Below are positions 47,010 through 59,049 of a stretch of DNA of 64,000 nt, one piece after another. The stretch's first letter is position 1. Every line of letters starts with the position of its first letter. Under the pieces are notes generated by a model. The model was not told where the DNA came from and did not search any database. It saw only the letters and a list, made by a program, of their open reading frames with translations. The stretch spans positions 232,748,001 to 232,812,000 of the forward strand of contig OZ024741.1 in assembly GCA_964016885.1 (NCBI GenBank). Reading direction: 5' to 3'. The translations under genes were made by a program, and so were the position numbers. Origin of the DNA: Eledone cirrhosa (taxonomy: Eukaryota).

Positions 47010-47170
47010 ATGTGGTTGGCCTTAGGAAGGGCATCCAGTAGTAGAAAACTAGCCAGAAACAATCCTATATGAATGAAACACTGTCACCCGACCCAACATG
47101 CCTCAAGTTGAACAAACCCGTTTAACCCATGCTAGCGTGGAAGATAGATGTTAAACGATGATTATGACTA
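47010..47170 (+). mobile_element. SINE/LINE 3' tail fragment
   Basis: TGGTTGGCCTTAGGAAGGGCATCCAG...ACCCATGCTAGCGTGGAAGATAGATGTTAAACGATGATTATGA; a similar tail occurs on the minus strand at 54855-54890. Confidence 0.55.
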
Positions 47171-47177
47171 TGATATA

Positions 47178-47266
<89 letters not shown>

Positions 47267-48659
47267 AGAGAGAAAGTGAGTGAGTGAAAGAAAGAGTGAG
47301 AGAGTGCAAGAGAATGAAAAAAGAGAGAGTGATTGGAGAGAGAAGATAAAAACTGTGTCCGTACTTTATTTTTCAACTTCAATGGAAGTTGACATCTTCC
47401 CCATAGTGCAGTTAATTCGAAGCCATTATGCCATATTTTTCTGGTGTTTGAACTCTAGCGATTCCACGAATTCTCACAGAAAACAATGTAAAACACCAAA
47501 AATGTTTTGCCTCTATAAACAGTCACTGATCTCCGCTATATCAGCCATTCTACCACATGGAGTTCCTTTCTTAGGTGTTATAATGTTACGATGATCCAAC
47601 TTCAACGTCAAATATCAAATGATGTCGACTCTTAACACAAGGAACACTTGAGGTGATTCTCGACCAATCAGAAGTTCTTTTGTGTTTGCCTCAAATCTAT
47701 AAGAACCGCTATTCCTGTATTGACCTGCATTATATGACCTTGGGGAGTAGATAAAAAAAAGCACCCGTATGGACTGGGATAATTGGTGGTCTTGTGTCAA
47801 AAGTAGAAACAATTATGTTTTTCTCTTGCAACTCTCTTCTGATTGGTCGAGAATTTTGTAGAATGCTGTACATCTTTCGCGGCGAAATCATTTGATATTT
47901 GGCGTTAAAAAATGGGCCTTCGTAGCATACTCCACGTAATGGTACCTTCCTCCAACATACTTCCTCACTCTTGGCTACCACAGACACCTTGAACATGCAT
48001 ATGAATACTACTCACCACAAAACAAACAATCAGATGAATGGATGAATAAATAAATAATGCAAAATCTAAAAGAAAATATCGCCAAATGTATTCCAAACCT
48101 AAATAGCTCGTGAGTGATATACTAGAAGTTAATAAAATGGGAAAAGACGACGTCTCGTGACAATGAACGTGTACGATTGTTCCGTTGGCATTGTCATCAT
48201 GATGAACGCCTCTCCGATAACAAGTTTCAGATAATGGAAATCAGATGCTTTTTCTAACTTTCGATTTAAAGTGTGTTAATCCGCCTTACAATGCCTCCAC
48301 ATTCTATTGCTGGAATTATTATTTTATTAACTTTGGAGTCAACATTAGCCAGTAGTAAGTAATAATACCCTTGCTAACTTATTTACATATTGAATGTTTT
48401 GTTTGTCTGTCTCTCATGAAATGCGTTATTCTCATTTTTATTAAATACGTACAATATGGGGGGAAAAAATTATGTTAGAAGACAGTAAATTCTACCATTT
48501 TATCGACAGAAAGAGTAAAGATCAACACTGTGTGTATTCACACACATACACACACACACACACTCACAGATACACACAGACACACTCACAGATACACACA
48601 GATACACACAGACACACACACAAACACACACACACACACACATACATACACACACACAA

Positions 48660-48709
<50 letters not shown>

Positions 48710-49642
48710 CAATGGAAATGTAGTAAGGAACCAGATGGACCATAACGCACCATAGTACTCAATACTTAGGGTAGTAGAGTGGGAAATAGGAAAAAGTATG
48801 ACCCCGACGGCAGAGCTCAAGCCATTTCGACGGCTATTTCTGGAATAAATTAGAATGTTTAGCCTGGTGAATAAATAGCCGAACTTGTCAAGGGGGTACT
48901 TCCTTATATGGGAAGATTGTAGTTGTTAAGAGGATTGGTTAAAATTTGTTGTAAACACAAATAAGTCTATCATGGCATTTGGTGGGAGGTAGGGGTGGCT
49001 GAACTTGCCTGTAGAACAATAGGGGAGTGAGTGGAGCGGTCAAGCGTTGAAAGTGATATGTATACAGCAGATTCTAAGGATAGTGTATGAAGTGGAGGAG
49101 GGAGGTTATAGAATAAGTAAATCGAATGAGATTAGGAGACAATAAAAGATAATAGAAAGAAATAAAAAATATATATAAAATTAGATAGTGAGAAATGAAT
49201 AAACAAAATCACAATGCTATCTTACAATTACAGGTTAATAAGGTGAGAATAGAAAAAGCTTGTAGAAATTGAGTAGTACCAAAACTGATACAAAAATAAA
49301 AGGGGTTTAACACCTCTGCTATAAGTAGTTAGTAAAACGTATTCGGCCGATTCTATCTTAAAATTACAAGGGTGGATGTATCTCTTTTCTTTTCTTTACC
49401 TCATTGTCTTCTTCTTCCCCCTGTCTCATCCTATCACTTCCTTCCACCCCCTATTTTCTTCCTCGTCTGCTTTTCCCCTTTCGCCTACCCCGCTGCAGCC
49501 CATCGGGCCTCTGTAGCATCAGTTCCGCCACCCCCGTAATTTTAAGATAGAATTGGACGAATACGTTTTACTAACTACTTAGTTTCACGATTTTTAAATA
49601 ATATTTTATGGTAACCATAAACCCGGTCTTTTTTAATTCTGC

Positions 49643-49720
<78 letters not shown>

Positions 49721-49764
49721 TACATTATACATATATATATATATACATATATATACATATATAT

Positions 49765-50345
49765 ATTTCGTTTCTGAATTTGTTTAGCAAGATTCTTTAT
49801 CTGAAAACGTGTGTTGAAACCGATATTGTTATACTTTGGGAGGGTCATGTTGCCAATCAGAAACACACGCACCAGCAACGTCACAACTTACAATTAAGGA
49901 CAAAATGAAAACACACACGCACATAGAACAAACAACCAACCAGTAACATGTAAATAAACAAATAAATAAACAAATATAAACACACACAGACACCCGGATG
50001 TAACACATGCGCAAACTAAGCACACAACACACACAAAAACAAGATGGCGTAGGAGAGAACAAAGGAGAGGCACAAAAACAAAGAAAAGAATCCCCAGTCA
50101 CTGAAGAGGTCACAGAATGTGTGACGAAAGAACTTTGACAATATATAAACAATCATCTTGTTATGGAACCAACCAACAAACCAGAAATTTATAAATTTAT
50201 AAATTTATTATAATAAATTGAAGTGAAATAACTGGTGCGTATGTTTCCTATTGGCAACATGACCCTCCCAAAATATAACAATATCGGTTTCAACACACGT
50301 TTTCAGATAAAGAATCTTGCTAAACAAATTCAGAAACGAAATATA
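49765..50345. repeat. Inverted repeat pair (49765-49875 / 50230-50345) with an HHR at 50097-50139 (plus)
   Basis: GTCA-CTGAAGA-G-GTCACA-GAATG-TGTGAC-GAAAG-AA-CTT-TGAC; the arm family is also at 2375-2455, 13995-14135 and 55745-55960. Confidence 0.75.
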
Positions 50346-50362
50346 TATATATAAATATATAC

Positions 50363-50409
<47 letters not shown>

Positions 50410-50427
50410 CATATATATACATATATA

Positions 50428-50489
<62 letters not shown>

Positions 50490-50509
50490 TGTATGTATAT
50501 ATTTATATA

Positions 50510-50567
<58 letters not shown>

Positions 50568-51010
50568 TGTGTGTCGGGTCACTCTTGGGTGCTACTGGTA
50601 ACATGTAACCCAGTACAGCCTGTCGCATGGTCGGGTCATCGGCGACTAAACCCGCAACCCCACCAAGTTTACTTGCTGAGGAGGGTGATTTTGGACACCC
50701 TGCAGGACAAAAAACAAAACCTAACAAAGGGCGGAAGGACGCCTAAGGGTCAACGGCCATCCAAAAGTGTGTAAATATGTATATACACATGTACATATGT
50801 ATGTATATGTATATGTGTATATACATGGGTGCATGTGTATGTATATGCGCGGGGACATAGAAATAGTCTGGCTGAACACCCGATCGCGCGTTTAAGCCAC
50901 TGGGAGTGAAGGACCCCTAGCCTTTGTCAGCGCATTCTTCTAGGAGAAGGCAACTCGGGAAACCGGAGTAAGTCCGATATAGAACCTGCAGCTCAGTAGT
51001 TACCGATGAT

Positions 51011-51090
51011 GTTTTTCTTTTCTTTTTCTTCTTTTTCTTCTTTTTCTTCTTTTTCTTCTTTTTCTTCTTTTTCTTCTTTTTCTTCTTTTT
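51011..51090. repeat. (TTTTCTTCT)n 9-mer tandem repeat
   Basis: Direct reading. Confidence 0.9.
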
Positions 51091-51306
51091 GCTTTATAGC
51101 TACTGTCGCTCAGAGAGTGGGATTGGCTCAGTGCACAGTCTTTCCTCACTTTAAAAAATATCTTCACGTACAGGCATTGCACGATAGAATTAATTAATAA
51201 TTATTAATAATGGTGTATCGTGCAATGGCTATACTCGATAACGAGGGGGCAGCCATCATATATATATATGTATATATATATATATTTACACACACACATA
51301 CGCACG

Positions 51307-51393
<87 letters not shown>

Positions 51394-51599
51394 TGTTACA
51401 CTTGGGTGGGGTGGGGGGCATATTGTTATAATATTGCCAGAAATAATTAATAAAACACACTCACTATTTGATTTGGATTGGTTTCCGCTTCTGTATCTTC
51501 TATATCTCTATAGTTAATTTATCTGGCAATTAATGTTTATCATTGATTGATCAACGGTTAAAAATACAGATATAAATATATAAATAATTACAACAGTGA

Positions 51600-54000
51600 C
51601 ATAAGCTATTGCCATATATGCTCCTTATTCTAGATGTGAAAGACGAGATCTTTGAAACCACACAGTAACAACTTGTTCGGGAGTTGGTCCAGCTCGCATT
51701 GCCAAAGTTTGGTGCTAGTCCCTCCAGGATTTTCCATATGTATATCACTGCCTATCTCTCCCTTCTTCGCTGCAAGATGCAGTGTTACAGTTATTTTAGC
51801 CTCTCCCAGTAGCTCATCTTCATCGTGGCAATCCACTTGGTGTAGTTTCGTTAAATTGCCTCAAGCTCCGTGGTTAGTTTAATACTATGGAGTGACCACA
51901 GTAGAGAGCAGTAGTCCAGTCTGCTTATGAAAATATCCTCCATGATATCAACATGGTCTCTCGGTGTCTTGTCCAGAAAGTCAGCTGCACATTGTCATCA
52001 TGCTCAGGATGTGTGAAGAAAAAATGCACCGTCGTTTATGCCTATTCCCAGGTCTCGTGTCAATTTCGACACGTGGATTTCGATCCTTCTTGCTACGATG
52101 TAGCTGTGTTGTACTGTCTTTGTGTCAGCAGGTTGGTATTGTAGGGCTTCAAATAGTCCAGCATTAAACTGCATATTGTTGTCCTCAGCCCATGTATATA
52201 TGACATCCAGATCTTGTAAAAGTGTAGCATCAGCCAGGTTTTTGATTGCCTCTGCTACATTTGTCTCATCAGCAAATCTAGTGAGGGATGTTTTATATAC
52301 TACAGAGGGTATTTCTACGAGAGCCACCAAAAACTTTACTGGCCCAAGCCTGTGCTCTGGGGCACCCCATTTTTTATTCATGTTTACTTTGAGAGGGCCC
52401 CATTGGCTGCAATTGTCTGGCTTCTGTTTTTTAAGAAATCATGCAGCCACTCACCTAGTTTTCCAGTTATACCGAGTCTGTGTAGTTTGCGACATATCAT
52501 TCCATGGTCGATCTTGTCGATGGCCTTCGCAAAGTCAAGATATATCACATCCACATGTAAGACTCCAGCAGTTGTTTAAGTACCCAGCCATAGTGGTGTA
52601 ACAGCTGTGTAAGGCAGCTTCCCCTGGGCGAAAGCCATGCTGCGTGCTATTTAGGCGGTCATTTTCTTCGAGGAACGTGATCAGTTCTTTCTGATGATTC
52701 ATTCCATGACCTTACTGATATGTGACGTCAGAGAGACTCGCCTGTAGTTTTTGGCTTCCGCTCTGCGTCCTCCTTTATGGTTAGGACATATTGTGCCTTC
52801 GTTTAGCTCTCTGGGTACTTTACCTCTCACCATGGAGCTTCTGAAGAGGATCTTCTGTGGTCTTGCTACGGCAAACTTACATGCTTTTAGGAGGACTGTT
52901 GGAAATCCATCAGGTCTAGCAGCTGCGTTTGTTCTAATTTCTTCTATGGCGGATATCACGTCTTCCTACGTTATGTCTATGTGTTTAATGGTCACCATAT
53001 CTTTGTGGAGTGTTGTGGAAGCAAAGAAATCCCCTGGCTTTGTTATTTGTATGTGTGTCAATGGGGGTGTGAACACACTTTGTACTGTTCTTTCAGTATT
53101 TCACTTATCTCTTGGGGAACCTGAGTTAATGAACCATTTTTATGGAAGAGTGGCCCAATCTTGCAGTGTACCGAGGCAGTTCCTTTTGCTAATATAAAGA
53201 AAGCCTTAGGATTTGTTTTAATATTTTATATGACCCTGGCTTCTCTCTCTTTTCCCTTTCCTTCTCATGGCAAAGTTTCAATTTCAAGGAGTGCCTATTT
53301 CAGATAGTGATCCTTCTTGTTCATATGTTGTGCATTTAATTGGTTTGAGAGCTTAGTTCTACGTCTCATAAGGGTTCCTGTCTCTAGGAATAAGATTTTT
53401 CTGTCCGTTGGCCTTTTCTCCGCAACAAACGTATGGCATATAGTTTGTATTGTTGTCATGAAATGTTGAAAATTTGTGTTGATGTCTTGTGTGGTGATGT
53501 CACTCCAGTTTTGCTTCATGATCTCTTCCTTGATCTTTTTCTAGTTAGCCTTGTGAATGTTTAGGCTGGATAAATTCCCAGTGCTTTTCGATGGTTGCTG
53601 ACTCTGCTGACTCTCTCAGACTATATATCATTAGTTCTACTAAGTTATGATCCGAGAAAATCGTTGGTGTCACCTTTACATTGTGGATGAGCACTTAGTT
53701 ATTTGTAAAGCAGAGATCCAGGAGATCCTCACCTCATGTTCACGGATGTACAGGACAACCCCACCATGAATTCTCTCCTTCCTGTCTGAGCGAAATACAG
53801 TATATTGTGGTATATGTATTTCCGCATCTGCTATACTGCTTGTCAGGTGCGTTTCGGTTAGCGCCATGAATATTACCTGATTGCTTATGGCTAAATTTCT
53901 CAGGTAGGGAATTTTTCTCATGTTAGTGAGTTTCACCAGGCTTCTGACATTCAAAAGCAGCACTATTGTGACATTTGAGGTGACAGCAATGGCTGTCGGT
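51600..54000 (-). mobile_element. Degraded CR1-like LINE ORF2 (APE + RT)
   Basis: LLLNVRSL, MALTETHL, FRSDRK..HGGV, AARPDG, KNYRRVSLTSHISKVME, YLDFAKA, FADET, WAEDNNMQFN. Confidence 0.82.
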
Positions 54001-54374
54001 GTGGCACCTGGCATGGAGTCAGAGGCCGCTACCCTGGATCCCTTGATTGTGGTCTCGATTGTCAGGTCAGTTGTCCCACAATCCCCTCTACCATTTCTAT
54101 AAAAGTATTTGCTCCACTGACGCTGTTTGTATTGCATCTGTATATGCTTGCCTTCTCCACTTTGTTGGGGCGGCGCGCACGAAATCAGGATAATTCTGGG
54201 GCAGCTTGTATCGGTTCTGGGTTTGGCTGGAACATTTTGAATGAGTAGATTGAGCGTAGCTCACCTGGGGCCCAGGGTGAGCGACCTTACAGCCTGTCCT
54301 TCTTTCTCCATGCCAGCAGGTCCCGTTACGTATGTATATGTATGCACTTGTGTATGTGTGTGTGTGTGCGTGTG

Positions 54375-54452
<78 letters not shown>

Positions 54453-54501
54453 GTAATATTAATAAATGTGAAGACTAAAATCCGAAGAGGGGTCGATAAG
54501 G

Positions 54502-54617
<116 letters not shown>

Positions 54618-54671
54618 CATATATATATATATATGGAGATCCCGAATGAAATCGTTACTCAATACATTAAT

Positions 54672-54769
54672 TGTTTCTACTTTAGGCACAAGGCCAGCAA
54701 TTACCCAGTGTATTACTGGTACTTTATTTTATCGACCCCGTAAGGATGAAAGGCAAAGTTAACCTCGGC
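54672..54769 (-). mobile_element. 5'-truncated SINE with 21-bp target-site duplication
   Basis: ATCGTTACTCAATACATTAAT at 54651-54671 and 54770-54790. Confidence 0.9.
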
Positions 54770-54854
54770 ATCGTTACTCAATACATTAATATTGTGTAAA
54801 CAATATCATTTATTACAGACATTCTCTGTGCAGGATTAGAAGTCAATTTTTTGT

Positions 54855-55500
54855 CATATCATCGTTTTTACGTCCGCTCTTCCACGCTTGCCTCGTTTCG
54901 ACGGGACCTTCTCAGCACAGCATCTCTTCACACTTTGCGATACTTTCTCTGTGAGTCTCATTGATTTGAGGTCAGCTCTCACAACCTCTCCCCAGGTCTT
55001 TTTTTGGCCTAGCTCTACAGCAACTTCCTTCTGCTGGCAATTCATCGTATTTCTTCACCCATATGTCATTGTCCATGCGTATCAATGGTCCCATCGAACG
55101 CAGTTTCTCTCCGGCTCACCTCGTCGGATTTCTCTTAAACCCAACTTCTCTTTCAACTCTTCCAAGCTCTGCCTTTCTCTCACATTTACATTGCACATTC
55201 AACGGTGCATAATGCTTCATTCCTCTTCAGTATACACATGTCCTCTGAAGTCACAGCCCATATTTCGCTACCATGCAGCATCGCACTTCGCACACAGGTG
55301 ACATACAGTCGTCCTATGTACATAGGGAGAAAAGTTTTGTGGTCAACAGTGGGGGTAGATATCTGAACTTATCATTATTCTAGCTATTATGCTGTCAGCG
55401 CAGACCTTTCCGTTTCTAATTACGAAGCTATCAACCATTTCTATGGATTCTTCCTGTGACGGGAATAGGAGTTCACCGCTGGTTATGTTTCCCTTGGTTA
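54855..55500 (-). mobile_element. Degraded RTE-like LINE 3' end
   Basis: KKTWGEVVRADL and LRSMGPL (decayed LRWxGH), with the tail GGACGTAAAAACGATGAT. Confidence 0.6.
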
Positions 55501-56117
55501 CCATTGGGCATCTTCACTTTCTGTTAGCCTACTATTTCATCTGCTAAATCGCTTGCGTCCCCAATATTTACATTGTGTACATTGTATGGAATTTATGCCT
55601 ACTTCGTTTCTACATATCGAGCAGGGCCACTTAACTGAAGAAATGTGGTCATATCATGTCTCCTACCAACTAGAACTTTCATTTGGACAAATTTTACTCT
55701 CATATATATATGTGTATATGTGTATGTGTGTGTGCGCGTGTGTGTAAATTGTTATAATATGGGAGGGTCATACTGCCAATAAAAGAATAAATAAAAACAC
55801 CTGTTTGTTTTCATTCTATTTATTACAAATATCCGGTTGGTTTGTTTAATAACAGATGTTTGTTTATTTATTGTCAAAACTCTTTCGTCACACATTGTGT
55901 GATCTTCCCAGTAACTGAATTTATATTTTATATCTCACCTTTGTTCTGTCCTACACCATCTAGCGCTACCCGTCAGCTTTCAAAATTCATAGCTAGAAGA
56001 CTTTTAAATGTTTATTTGTAAACATACCGTATATCATTAGATATACGAAATTTACATATTTATATGCATACAGCTATGTCGAAATGAAAATTGTAATTCT
56101 CTCTATATATATTATAT

Positions 56118-56398
56118 ATATCTAAAATTAATTAAATTTAATTAAATTAATTAATTTAATTAAAGTTAGGGCGTCATGTCCGAGACATCCGCCTTATCCA
56201 CCGTAGAATAAACTCAAAGATTCCAATGAATAGATCCGAGCATTTTATATCAACTAGAAATTGATTGACATAAAATGCTGTTGATATAAAATGCTCGGAT
56301 ATATTCATTGGAATCTATGAGCCTATTCTACGGTGGATATGGCGCATGTCTCGGACATGACTCCCTAAATTTAATTTAATTTAATTAATTTTAGATAT
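56118..56398. repeat. Foldback palindrome (about 130-bp arms)
   Basis: GTCATGTCCGAGACAT...CCGAGCATTTTATATCAAC / GTTGATATAAAATGCTCGG...ATGTCTCGGACATGAC. Confidence 0.85.
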
Positions 56399-56973
56399 GT
56401 AAACGGCTCCTTAATAGTAGAGCTTATTCAGTTGAAAGGACTCGGCTGCTATTTATAGCTGTCGACCACCCTATTCACGCCAATGTGGTGACGCTAGGAT
56501 GTTGTTAGTAGTTTTAGAAATGCAACACGTGCGATGGCTCACTCGCAGATTTGCATTTGATGTGTAAACACAGATCGTTAAATCCTCCCCCTTGCTGAAG
56601 ATCCAAGATTTGACTACTGTGACTTAACGGTGAAATATATTTCTTAAATGAAATATATACAAGGGGGATTAATCATTTTTTAAAAAGGTAATATTTGAGC
56701 TCTAGTTAAACTTTAATTAGTTACCTACATAACTATGTGTGATTACACATTTTACAAATTATCCCATGTGATTGTTTCATGTGTTTATTTTAAATATATG
56801 TATGTCAATCAATTTCTAGTTGATATATTATATATGCATTTATGTAAATGTATACATACGCCTATCAATGTCTGCTTCAGTCAATGTATTGATGTGTGTA
56901 GGCTCGTTGCTTGAATACGAACATCTTGCACAAAACAAACAAACAAACATGTGTTTCGCACTTTTCTTTTCAG

Positions 56974-57054
56974 ATTGCGAACATCCTACTGCCTGTCTTA
57001 CAGATGACAGACATACCAATGACGTTTGTGCGGCCCGTTGTTCAAGAAACGGGA
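56974..57054 (+). CDS. Candidate 81-bp internal exon of an unidentified host gene
   Basis: Acceptor CTTTTCTTTTCAG and donor GGA|GTAAGT; length is a multiple of 3; open as IANILLPVLQMTDIPMTFVRPVVQETG or as a Cys-rich frame; non-repetitive. Confidence 0.4.
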
Positions 57055-57249
57055 GTAAGTATTCTGGAATGTAATGTTTCTCATAATCTCCGTATCAATG
57101 GAATTATTACACAAGTTTCTTCTTCTTCTTCTGCTTCTTCTTCTTCTTCTTCTTCTTCTTCTTCTTCTTGGATAACTTTCAGAAATCCCTGGCCTGATTA
57201 CAGGGATGTTTTCCAGTTCAGGACAACCTGTACAAGTACGGAAGTGTCG

Positions 57250-57870
57250 TGAACCAGGCTTGTCCGAGACGAGATTTGCGTAGGATGAGGAAAACTTCCT
57301 GTACGGAATCCTCGAGTGCCCGGGCACGAGTCGGACGAATCCATCTATCAACTGAGTCCATTGTGAATATCGCCCGACCAGCTCTATTTAGAGTGGAAGG
57401 AGAGGCAAAAGAGATCGTGCGTGCGGTGGACGTGCTTGAAAGGTTTGAAGACAAGCACTTTCCTCTTCATCGATATCATGACTGACTTTTTCAGGTATCA
57501 CCTGAAGAGTAAAATCAGTATGGAGAGGGAAATGCTGCCTTCCAATCAATTTGCTGGAAGATAGGCGAAAATGGCGAGCATTGTCCGAGTGAATGGGTTT
57601 GCTCTGACTATGCGCCTGTAAATTGGAGGAGAACATCTGAGAAGGGCACTTGCAGTAGCAGTCACGATGACCATGGCGTTTTGTGCTATTTCCATTGAGT
57701 TAACCTTGAATGTATCCAACATTTCAGGGAATCTGTTATGTTTTTTTATTTTTAATGGTTATTTTTAAAGATTTCTATATAAACATATTCCTCGCACAAG
57801 AAAACCCACTGGACTGTCCTGTACCGTCTTTATAGTTCCCTTTATGTAAACCTTGTTTAGATAATAAAGA
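57250..57870 (+). mobile_element. Tx1-like LINE 3' end fragment
   Basis: RVGRIHLSTESIVNIARPALF, homologous to RIQLSAESIVRITPPPLF at 4530-4590; ends near AATAAA at 57862. Confidence 0.65.
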
Positions 57871-57978
57871 AATGATTATTATTATTGAATGTGAAACTAT
57901 GTTTCATATCGACTCCATGTTTGTTCAACTATGTACATATATTTCAACCGCTTCTAAACTGTTATTATAATTTTAAAC

Positions 57979-58102
57979 TTTACGATCTGAGTTCAAATCC
58001 CGCCGAGGTTGACTTTGCCTTTCATCCTTACGGGGTCGATAAAATAAAGTACCAGTAATGCACTGGGTAATTGCTGGCCTTGTGCCTAAAGTAGAAACAA
58101 TT
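57979..58102 (+). mobile_element. 5'-truncated SINE with target-site duplication TAATTTTAAACTT
   Basis: Duplication at 57968-57980 and 58104-58116; the body matches 45901-46024. Confidence 0.9.
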
Positions 58103-58530
58103 CTAATTTTAAACTTGATAAGAATTTAGAGTAAGTGACCGGGAGGTTCACTCGTAAATAACACGACACGCCATTATGTGCTGTCGTCTTTTGTTAGGTT
58201 TCACTGAGAAAAACATTTTCTATAATTATTTCAAACATTATTTCAAAAGAGAGAGCGATGTCAGACAACAGTTCAACAAGATAGCATTCTCTCAAAGGAA
58301 AATACAACAGAAAATATTTCGAAAGAAAAGAAAAACAATATCGTTATTAATGATATTGTTTCATATTTAAAGCAGTTAAATGGTTCCCACATAACACCAA
58401 CAATAACACCACCAATAACAACAGCAACAACGAAAATAACAGCGATAAGGTTGAGAAAGACAATAACAATGACAATAACAACAACAGTCACAACAAGATC
58501 AGCAACAGTATCAACGAAAACAACAATAAT

Positions 58531-58733
58531 GGTTTCTTATATAGGCACAAGGCCAGCAATTTGGGAGGAGGGGAAAGTCGATTAAATCGACCCCAGTATG
58601 TGACTGGTACTTTACTTTATCGACCCCGTAAGGATGAAAGGCAAAGTTAACCCTGGCGAGATTTGAACTCAGATCATAAAGGGCCATAACTCTATGCTGC
58701 AAAGCATCGCGTCCGACGCTCTACCAATACTGC
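58531..58733 (-). mobile_element. SINE (longer subfamily) inserted into a minisatellite
   Basis: A/B boxes on the minus strand and the family core, plus an extra GGGGTCGATTTAATCGAC segment; flanked by CAACAATAAT on both sides. Confidence 0.85.
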
Positions 58734-58930
58734 CAACAATAATAACAACAACAGTCACAACAACAATAAGATCAGCAACAGAATCAACGAAAACAACAAT
58801 AATAACAACAACAGTCACAACAACAATAAGATCACCAACAGAATCAACGAAAACAACAATAATAACAACAGCAGTCACAACAACAATAAGATCAGCAACA
58901 GAATCAACGAAAACAACAATAACAACAATA
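58734..58930 (+). repeat. 60-bp minisatellite (3 units plus one before the SINE)
   Basis: AATAACAACAACAGTCACAACAACAATAAGATCAGCAACAGAATCAACGAAAACAACAAT at 58741, 58801 and 58861. Confidence 0.9.
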
Positions 58931-59049
58931 ACAACATCAATAATAGTAACAACGATCCCAGCGGGAGCAAAAGAAACAGCACAATTCACACTGAACAATA
59001 TCACCAATAAAAATGTCTTTCGCCGGTGCAATCAAGTCATCCTTCAAAA

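Noticed and set aside
51000-51182. Poly-KRR protamine-like ORF
   Set aside because: Translation of a 9-mer simple repeat
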